Virus record (IMG/VR): IMGVR_UViG_3300025432_000047
Location: 1 to 25,409 of that record
Source of the DNA: a virus
Lineage: Duplodnaviria; Caudoviricetes
Reading direction: 5' to 3' (one strand)
DNA: 25,409 nucleotides
Shown here: one piece after another, positions 8,733 to 16,600 of the stretch
Numbering within the stretch: the first letter of the stretch is position 1
Layout of the letters: each line of letters begins with the position of its first letter
The notes under the pieces: generated by a model
Databases searched by the model: none
What the model saw: the letters and a program-made list of their open reading frames with translations, nothing else
Told to the model about the DNA's origin: nothing
Position numbers and translations under genes: made by a program

Positions 8733-9229
8733 ACGCACTTGACTACGCTATTGTCGCAATGATTCAGGCAGACCCCGTGATGCAAGCAGGTCTGTATAGC
8801 TTCCAGGGTCACCCAGCGGTGTTTACGTTTGTCCCGGTTCCCGAGGTTGACCCAGGGCCGCCACCTAAATTACCCTTACCTTTTGTCGTTTCAGAACCAA
8901 ACGTAGCAGACGTCGAGGACGATACAAAAGACCTAGTTGGTCATGATATTCATAGAGACGTACGGATTTACGATTACGAAACAGCAGACCCGCGAAACAT
9001 GAATATGTGGTCAATGCGTCTACGAGATATTTTCCACAGGCAGGAAAAGACCTTACAATACTACATACTCAACTCAGGTGACAGCGAGCTCTTTACCGTA
9101 GGCCAGTGCTGGGTTACACACGGCCCCGTAGCGGCTCCGGTTGAAGTAGACGAATACGTGCAAGGCAGGATACTCTCGCTTGTCATCCGCTTAACCAGAA
9201 TACCTAGCACAATGCCGTACCCAATCTAA
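8729..9229 (+). CDS. Tail terminator protein (SPP1 gp17 / DUF3168-like)
   Basis: Follows the gp10-like gene. Pattern AI..MIQADP....L.....AVF..VP....LPFVV.......D.K...G.....DV.IY.........RLRDIFHR. Confidence 0.7.
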   Translation: MNALDYAIVAMIQADPVMQAGLYSFQGHPAVFTFVPVPEVDPGPPPKLPLPFVVSEPNVADVEDDTKDLVGHDIHRDVRIYDYETADPRNMNMWSMRLRDIFHRQEKTLQYYILNSGDSELFTVGQCWVTHGPVAAPVEVDEYVQGRILSLVIRLTRIPSTMPYPI

Positions 9230-9231
9230 CC

Positions 9232-10104
9232 ATGCAATTCGCACAAATGGACGAATTAGAAAAGACCGAAGACGTGCATAGAGGATGCACAATCCTTCCC
9301 TTTACGACCATCTTCATAGGTGGTATGCCGGTTTCGATACGCTACACGATAAAGGATTTACTTACGATTGAACAGTTGCTTTGTATCCCACTGTGGAGAG
9401 TTATTGATCTATTCGTTCTGAATATGCTCAGCGATACGGAAAAGAGGTTAATCTTACAGTATGGTATTGTAGGCAGTCCTAAAGAAGCCCTTTCATTACT
9501 CGATGAAGAACCGGACGAAAGACGTGTATTCCAGACCGCAGGACTTGAGCTTATACGTGCTATCGGTATGGAAGTTATCTATGACGATCACGGAAACCCT
9601 GTTGATGTAAGACCCCCTGAAGTTGATACGTATAAACACGCTGAGATTTCAGAATTAAACTCACCAGTTAAAGACCACGAAAAGGTAGAGTTTGAAACAT
9701 TCGGGCAGTGGTACGAAGACAGGTTAAGAGAGCTCTTTAAAACAGGTTTAACGCGCATCGATGAGTTTTTGGAGCTAATGCCGGTTGAAATAGAGGTATA
9801 CATAGATGCCCACGTTGCCAGGAATATATACGATAGGCAATTAAACGTTGCGCTTGCTTATGATATTGGCGCTATGATGGGCGCAAAGCCTAAACAAAGT
9901 TTGGCGTCTGTATTAAAGCAAATCGAATTTAAAGCTATCCATACGATGGGTAGTAAGTTCACCCGAGACAAAGCCAAAAAAGAAGCCACAAAGCGAGTAA
10001 CACAAACACAGCGAGAACGTGCATCTGTTGATGCACTCGTCAAGAACATGCCGCCACCTCCAGGATTTCAAGGACCACAAGCGAACCAAAGCGAATCTCG
10101 GTAA
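9232..10104 (+). CDS. Tail assembly chaperone, in-frame G+T (gpGT-like) fusion
   Basis: The N-half has the chaperone pattern IFIGG....IRYTIKDL..IEQ.L. The C-half has the T-domain-like GL...DEFLELMPVEI. Confidence 0.6.
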   Translation: MQFAQMDELEKTEDVHRGCTILPFTTIFIGGMPVSIRYTIKDLLTIEQLLCIPLWRVIDLFVLNMLSDTEKRLILQYGIVGSPKEALSLLDEEPDERRVFQTAGLELIRAIGMEVIYDDHGNPVDVRPPEVDTYKHAEISELNSPVKDHEKVEFETFGQWYEDRLRELFKTGLTRIDEFLELMPVEIEVYIDAHVARNIYDRQLNVALAYDIGAMMGAKPKQSLASVLKQIEFKAIHTMGSKFTRDKAKKEATKRVTQTQRERASVDALVKNMPPPPGFQGPQANQSESR

Positions 10105-10125
10105 GAATATGAGTGGTGAATATAA

Positions 10126-10623
10126 ATGGAAAATGAAGAAACTCCGCAGGAGTTAGCCGCACTTAAGCGTAGATTCAACGTCGGTGCGGCAGTCGCTAAC
10201 CCGATTAAAGTTAAGTTAGATCGGGAGCGCACGATTGATTTTAGAAGTAGATACGTTGAGAAGATGGAGCAGTCGCTAGGTCTACGGCTTGGCCACATCT
10301 TAAAATTGTTTGAAGCGAGCGAGTGGAGCGAAGGTGACGTACTCGCAATACTTTGGGCTGGTTTACTCAAAGAGAACCCTGATATGCCCTATGAGATTGT
10401 CAGTGAGATATGGGACGCCACACCTACTGAGAACCGCGCTACTGCGTCTATTGACATCATCTTTGGCATAATGAAACACCAGGGATTGGACATTGACCTC
10501 CAGACCTACCACGCTCTTGTCGAAAAATACGGCAAGGAATCAAAGGCGCGCAGGGATGAGATAATGGAAGAAATCAAGAAACTCGAAACAGCAGAAGCGA
10601 CGAAAAAGAAGAAGAAGGAGTAA
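10126..10623 (+). CDS. Tail assembly chaperone (gpG-like)
   Basis: IKVKLDRERTIDF......MEQSLG......ILWAGLLKENPDM..E.V.EI.D is a typical TAC pattern; lies immediately before the TMP. Confidence 0.75.
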   Translation: MENEETPQELAALKRRFNVGAAVANPIKVKLDRERTIDFRSRYVEKMEQSLGLRLGHILKLFEASEWSEGDVLAILWAGLLKENPDMPYEIVSEIWDATPTENRATASIDIIFGIMKHQGLDIDLQTYHALVEKYGKESKARRDEIMEEIKKLETAEATKKKKKE

Positions 10624-10629
10624 AAGTAA

Positions 10630-12930
10630 GTGGCTGGTTCGACTATTGGTTCGGCAGTAATCAACCTAAAAGGCAACTCATCAGGTTTCCTAAGCGACTT
10701 AGAGTCTGCCATATCCGGCGCCAAGAGTAAAATCTCTGGCATGGGCAACGATATGGCAAGCGGTCTTTCAGGAGTTGGCTCTGTGATGACTGCTGGAATC
10801 ACGCTTCCTATCGTCGCTATGGGTGCGTTTGCCGTGAAGAGTTTTGAGGATATCAATACCGCACAGGACCAGCTTATCGGAAAGACTAATGTAACTGGTG
10901 CAGCCGCGCAACAAATGAGGCAGTCATTTAATAATGTATTTGGCAATACCCCCGAAAGTGCTTCCGATGTTGTATCCGCCATGACCGCCGTCCATGACAA
11001 GCTTGGACTCACCGGAACGGCATTGGAGCAAACATCAACACAAGCACTCGACTTGTCGCGCATACTAGGTACTGACGTTACTAGTACTGTCAGTGGTGTG
11101 ACAAAATTATTCCAAGCGTTTAGCGTACCCACGAAGGATATGAGTGCAGATATGGACCAGCTATACACCGTCAGCACTCATTCTGGTGTGGCCCTTACCG
11201 ATTTAACAACCGCCGTGTCTAAAGTGAGTGCAGTAGCCAAACCAGCGGGGTTATCAATGCAGCAGACAGAGGCAGCAGTTGGCGCTTTTGCTACCTCTGG
11301 CTTACCGGCACGTCAATCAGCATCGTTGCTTACTACAGCTATCGGTGACTTTACAAAAGCCGGTATTCCTGCGAGTAAAGCACTTCAGGATATCGCAAAC
11401 GGCAACGCGACAGCGGCAGAAAAACAGGCGATTCTCGGTAAGGGGTCAGCAGCAAGTATAGCGACGTGGGATAAGTTAACCGGGTCATTGAGCAAGGCGA
11501 AAGGTGGTTACAATGATATGACAAACGCCATTGACCACTCTAAAGGCTCCATCGCTTCAGAAGCACAATCTACTATGACACTCAGCCAAAAGTTTGATGA
11601 GCTCAAAAACAAGGCTGAAGTAGCGTTTGCTCCGTTGGGTGGTGTGATTGTAAATATTTTAATGAACCTGGTAACAGCAGCAACGCCGCTTGTTTCAATC
11701 CTTACTAAAGTCTTAAGTGTTTTCTCCGATATGCCCGCGCCGATTCAAATGGTGGTCGTCGTTTTGGGTGGTATCCTTGCTGCTATCGGGCCTATCTTAA
11801 TGATACTACCGCAGCTTGTCGAGGGCTTTGGCATGCTTCAAACTGCCTTTGCGTTTGTAAGTGGCGGAGGTATAGCAGAAGCTTTTGGAGGTATCGCGTC
11901 AACCATCACTGAAACGGTTATACCAGCGGCAATGGAAGGTGCGACGGCGTTTGCGGCGATGGTACTCCCATTATTACCAATAATCCTTATAGTCGCGGCT
12001 ATTGGCATCGGCCTTTACCTTTTATACACTTACTTTAAACCCTTCCACGATGCTGTGAATGAGGTCGTAGGCTGGGTTAAAGAGCTTGTAGGCGACCTAG
12101 CTTCCGGCAACTTTGGGAAGTTCGGCGCTGACTTTGCTGCTGGGATTCACACAGCAATAAATGACCTTATAAACTTTGACTGGGGCGGACTCGGGAATAA
12201 AATAAAAATAGGAATCGAAACCGCGCTTGCTACCTTTGGGACGTGGCTGTGGGGTCTCATACAACCGTTGCCTATGAAACTATGGAGTGCGTACATTGGC
12301 ATATGGGCGCAGATAGGGACATGGTTATGGAGTCTCATACAACCATTGCCTCAAAAGTTATGGAGTGCGTTACAAAGTGCAATAGGTACGTTTGGAGCAT
12401 GGCTATGGGGTCTAATATCTCCAATACCAGGTGAACTCGGAAGCGGTATTGAATCAGCGGTCTCAGGCTTTGGTGCGTGGTTAATGAGCGCAGCATCAGG
12501 ATTCTTCGGAGGCTTGCCGGGCAAGATACAGGGCGCTATCTCAGGTTTTGGAGACTGGCTTATAAGTGCTGCGCAAGGCTTTGCCACGTGGCTATCCAAT
12601 GCAGTCCAGAACGCGATTAAACAACTCCCAGGCGGCAGTCAGGCGTTATCTGCAGGAGGCACAGTCGCGAGTGCTGCTGGTGGCGTAGTAAACACCGTTA
12701 AATCACTACAAACAGGCGGCACAATCACCTCTAGTGGGCTATTCAACCTCCACGCTGGCGAAGCAGTAATACCGCCTGAGAATACTACGGATATGGGTGG
12801 AAACTACACCTTTACAGTCAACTTCAACAACGCCACGATTCAGTCGCAGGCGCAAGCGGAGACGTTTAGCAGGATTATGGCGTACCAAGCAACTTCTTTA
12901 ATGCGTAGACAAGGGCTTTCAAGAGGTTAG
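10630..12930 (+). CDS. Tail tape measure protein
   Basis: GTG start with AAGGAG. 766 aa, Ala/Gly-rich helical; GSVMTAGITLPIVA N-terminal motif, hydrophobic middle, Trp-periodic repeats and C-terminal LQTGG.I...G...LHAGEAVIP. Confidence 0.93.
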   Translation: MAGSTIGSAVINLKGNSSGFLSDLESAISGAKSKISGMGNDMASGLSGVGSVMTAGITLPIVAMGAFAVKSFEDINTAQDQLIGKTNVTGAAAQQMRQSFNNVFGNTPESASDVVSAMTAVHDKLGLTGTALEQTSTQALDLSRILGTDVTSTVSGVTKLFQAFSVPTKDMSADMDQLYTVSTHSGVALTDLTTAVSKVSAVAKPAGLSMQQTEAAVGAFATSGLPARQSASLLTTAIGDFTKAGIPASKALQDIANGNATAAEKQAILGKGSAASIATWDKLTGSLSKAKGGYNDMTNAIDHSKGSIASEAQSTMTLSQKFDELKNKAEVAFAPLGGVIVNILMNLVTAATPLVSILTKVLSVFSDMPAPIQMVVVVLGGILAAIGPILMILPQLVEGFGMLQTAFAFVSGGGIAEAFGGIASTITETVIPAAMEGATAFAAMVLPLLPIILIVAAIGIGLYLLYTYFKPFHDAVNEVVGWVKELVGDLASGNFGKFGADFAAGIHTAINDLINFDWGGLGNKIKIGIETALATFGTWLWGLIQPLPMKLWSAYIGIWAQIGTWLWSLIQPLPQKLWSALQSAIGTFGAWLWGLISPIPGELGSGIESAVSGFGAWLMSAASGFFGGLPGKIQGAISGFGDWLISAAQGFATWLSNAVQNAIKQLPGGSQALSAGGTVASAAGGVVNTVKSLQTGGTITSSGLFNLHAGEAVIPPENTTDMGGNYTFTVNFNNATIQSQAQAETFSRIMAYQATSLMRRQGLSRG
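12235..12600 (+). repeat. 26-aa (78-bp) Trp-periodic repeats in the TMP
   Basis: FGTWLWGLIQPLPMKLWSAYIGIWAQ / IGTWLWSLIQPLPQKLWSALQSAIGT / FGAWLWGLISPIPGELGSGIESAVSG / FGAWLMSAASGFFGGLPGKIQGAISG / FGDWL. Confidence 0.85.
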
Positions 12931-12937
12931 ATGATCT

Positions 12938-13090
12938 ATGGCTAAAGTAAAAGTAAAAACAAGAGCGGTGTTCTATCCTGCGCTTTTTTGGGCGAACGGT
13001 AAATACGTTCCAGCGTATGAGGGCACAAAAGTTGAGGAGACAGAAAGCGAAATGGATATAGATGTGGCTATGGCCTTATTTGGAGAATAG
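12938..13090 (+). CDS. 50-aa small protein MAKVKVKTRAVFYPALFWANGKYVPAYEGTKVEETESEMDIDVAMALFGE
   Basis: Fills the gap between the TMP and the next gene; GAGG upstream. Below the ORF-track cutoff. Confidence 0.6.
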   Translation: MAKVKVKTRAVFYPALFWANGKYVPAYEGTKVEETESEMDIDVAMALFGE

Positions 13091-13103
13091 GAGAAATAAA
13101 TAA

Positions 13104-13517
13104 ATGACGACAACAGGCGGAATAACAACCGTAGGATACCAAGCTCTTGCGGGGCTTTGCATCGCAGACGGAACAACCTCATACATACAGGCGAACTGCT
13201 ATGTGGGTGTGGGTGATGATAACACCGCTTTTAACGCAGCACAGACGAACCTTAATCCAACGTTCGGTTCATACGGCACGGACAGGATACTCGTTAATGC
13301 AACCAGTGTCACCCGATCAGGAGCACAGCTCACTATTGTGGCAAACTTTACCACTGCGCAAGCAAACTTTACTAACGGATGGCAGGAGTTTGGCGTTTTT
13401 AACTCCGGTACTGACGGCGTAGGTGCTATGTTAATTCGACAGCAGCAGACGCTAGGTACAAAAACAAGCTCAAGCACGGCAACGCTTACAATCACACTCA
13501 CGTTTGCCTCATCGTAA
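13104..13517 (+). CDS. Minor tail protein, tail-collar-fibre N-domain-like
   Basis: ITTVG...LA......YVGVGDDNTA..AAQTNL...A.F....ANF..WQEFGVFN.....ML.R.....KTS...TLTITLTF is a recurrent phage tail adaptor pattern. AGGAG RBS. Confidence 0.65.
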   Translation: MTTTGGITTVGYQALAGLCIADGTTSYIQANCYVGVGDDNTAFNAAQTNLNPTFGSYGTDRILVNATSVTRSGAQLTIVANFTTAQANFTNGWQEFGVFNSGTDGVGAMLIRQQQTLGTKTSSSTATLTITLTFASS

Positions 13518-13618
13518 GGTAACGGTATGACCGTGTCGGCGGCAGCCAAAACATTTAGTGCTCAAAACAAGCAAGGGTATTCAGTATTCAGTATTTAGTC
13601 AATTAGTATAGGCGTAAT

Positions 13619-16600
13619 ATGACCATCCAAACATATGTAGGCACGTTTACATCACCATTGAGCACAGGCCAACAAGCTATCACAGGCATCCCGTTTCAGC
13701 CAACCGCTGTTATTATCTGGACTGCGGCATCGAGTAGTGGGTGGGCTACTGCCGACCTTTTCGCAATGGGATTCTGTGCAGGAACCGGAAGTACGTCAGG
13801 TATTACTCAGGGGTACGTTACGTGTGGGTCAGCTAATGGAAGTAGCGGGAGCGTTGGCTACCGTCGATACAACACCAGCGCCGCTATAGGGTTGGTGGGA
13901 AGTACTGGAACGCTCTACATTGAGGCGACGCTTTATTCAATGGACTCCGGCGGTTTCACCCTTAATTGGGGAACCGTTAGCTCCGGCACACAGATATGTA
14001 ATTATATGGCAATCGGGGGGACAACCAATGCTAAAGTAGTGGGGTGGCAGAATAACTTAGGCACAGTTCCGTTTACACAATCAGTAGGTGTCGGCTTCAC
14101 GCCTGACTGTGTTATACATATCGGAGCATCGACATCTGGTGGTTCTCCTTCCAACGTAAGTACTGGTGCTGTATTTGCAACGGGTGCAATGGACAGCGCG
14201 GGGAATCAATGGGGGGAGTGCGTATATGCACAAGGAGCCCAAGCCACATCCAATACAGGGCGAGTTCAACTCACCAGTGCGTGCTTACTAAACGAGCCCT
14301 TCGCAGTGAACCCGACAATGGTGGGTTCGTACTCTGCAATGGGGGCCAATGGTTTCACTATAAATTGGACTTCGATGCCTTCATACCAACTTGAGTGGAT
14401 TAGTCTCTGTTTAGAAGGCGGCGGCGAATATCAAGTTGGTAATTGGGCTAAGTCAACGGCGGCAGCCCCCGTATCTGATACGGTAAGTGTAAGTATGTTC
14501 CCTATGGGTGTGCTGCTAACGACGGACAGTTATACGGTGTCAGCAAGTGGACAAACGGGCCTCCGCACGATGGTTGGGGCATCAAATTCATTCGATAACG
14601 GCTGCGCGGGTGTTACTGATAAACACAACGTGGCGACCACCGTAGCAGACCGATTTCAATACGCTACGGCCTCGATTAACGTCAGCAATAACGACACCGA
14701 AACAAACGAAGCAGTAGCGACGGTAAGCGCGGCGACTTCCATAAGTCCGGCCATAGATTCTAACCAGGGTATTGCCTTTGATGGGACATATTATTACGCA
14801 TTTAACACGGGGTCGATATACAAATATAATTCATCGTGGGGGTACGTTGCGTCAAACACTAACGTAGGTACACAGGCAGGTGTTAATCATCTTGGTGATG
14901 GTGATTATTACAACGACGGAACGCACCAGCGACTTTACGTTGTAGGAATGAACAGCGGTACGTGCTCACCCCCTGGGTGGAGTGATAGCCGTATAGCAGT
15001 TTTCAATGCGTCAGACCTCAGCTTTGTTGAATATATAGATATATCGGCCCAGAACTTTGATGCTGGGGGTGGGTGCGCCGTTGACACCGATGATAATGTA
15101 CTCTGGGTAACTTCGTGGTGCGGCGGCGGCACGATTTATAAATACAAATTATCCGATATGATCAACGGTACGGCGACCTATCTAGGTTCAATAACCCCAA
15201 GCCCTGCAACGTCATACAGTCAAGGGATTGCATATTATAGTGGAAACTTATACTTCTCATATAGCACGGCCTCCTTTGTAGGGGGTGGCGTTACACGGAT
15301 GAACACCTCCGGCACAAACCAGTTGACGGTAGTTCCGTATTTCACCTTTGGAGAGGCGGAGGGCCTAACGGTTAATGCTACGGGTATTCATTTAGATATA
15401 GGCTCCGCTACGACGAACATTTATACGTATCCCCTTACCGTCAGCGGTTCATTTACCGCACGATGGACAACCAATAACAGCGTAGCAACACAAATCTGTT
15501 TTGTTGCTATGGGTATCCCTCCAAACATTGCTGAGGCAGCCTCGGTTGACGGTAAGCTCCTTGCGGACAACTCAGCATCTATTGCGTTAGACACATCAGC
15601 CTCGGTTGACGGTAAGCTCCTCGCGGACATCACCCCATCCATCGCATTTGATATTTCCACTTCCCAAGAGTGCGTCGTAATTCCTTACATAAGCTCTGCA
15701 ACAACGGGGATAATTGGCGGGGGCATTTTTACGTCCGTTGGAGTTGACGGCGAATTACTTGGCGATATTAATGCGAGTTCAATACTTTCTACCGTTACAC
15801 AGCCGTTAGATGCCATTGTTATTGCGGATATTGGTGTTGTCGTTTATTTCGCTAATAACAATATACTAAACACGGCGGTTGACGGCTTCATTGGTGGTGA
15901 CGTAACGGCAACGATGGAGCAGACTGTTGTTACTGGCAAAGGGACGGGTAAAACATACTGGAACGGCATTGACCTGACGCAAGCCCCATATTATGCGTAT
16001 TTAACGAGCAATACGAAATATGATTGGCTAGATGGCATTACGTTTATACAAGTGCCTACCGGACAAAATACGATGGCGAACACGTCAGCGTATCCTTCTA
16101 AGCTGCTTTTAACATTAGAGTATAAACTAAAGCCGTTGGCTAATATCGGCACTCTTACCGGCCCATCACAGACACGTCAGGAACTCCAGGCAGCATGGAA
16201 CGCCCTTACTGCACTTACCGATCCGATACTACAGGGGCAAGGTCAGCTTATACTTGCTGAGTTTCCAGGCAGCTATTGGATAGCAAAACGGCTCCAGACG
16301 GCCCCTAATGATGAGGCGGATTATCCTGCGATGGCAGATGTTCAATTAGAGTTTGCCGTCACAGGTATGGCGTATTCTGTTACGGAGTCATACGCAGCCG
16401 AGTCAATAGCCTCCTCATATACGACGCTTACCGTTACATCAAATGGTGACTCACTAGCATATCCACTCTGGACAATCCATTGTGGGGGTAACGGATACGG
16501 GGGTACTATCACCATCACCAACACTACGACAGGAGAAGCGGTTTCATGGACGGGGTGGGTAAAGTTTGGTGACATGCTTGGGTATATCATGGATGCGGAA

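Noticed and set aside
9970-9985. A-run GCCAAAAAAG as a possible -1 slippery site; also GAAAAAG near 10602
   Set aside because: Neither is a canonical in-phase X XXY YYZ heptamer, and there is no T-like alternative frame to shift into.
13527-13599. 23-codon ORF and 7-bp tandem GTATTCA x3 in the gap before the giant gene
   Set aside because: Too short to support as a gene or regulatory site, and it has no spacers, so it is not CRISPR-like.
15537-15660. 33-bp repeats separated by 27 bp, superficially CRISPR-like
   Set aside because: Only two copies, in frame within a CDS, and the 'spacers' are similar at the protein level. It is a coding tandem duplication.
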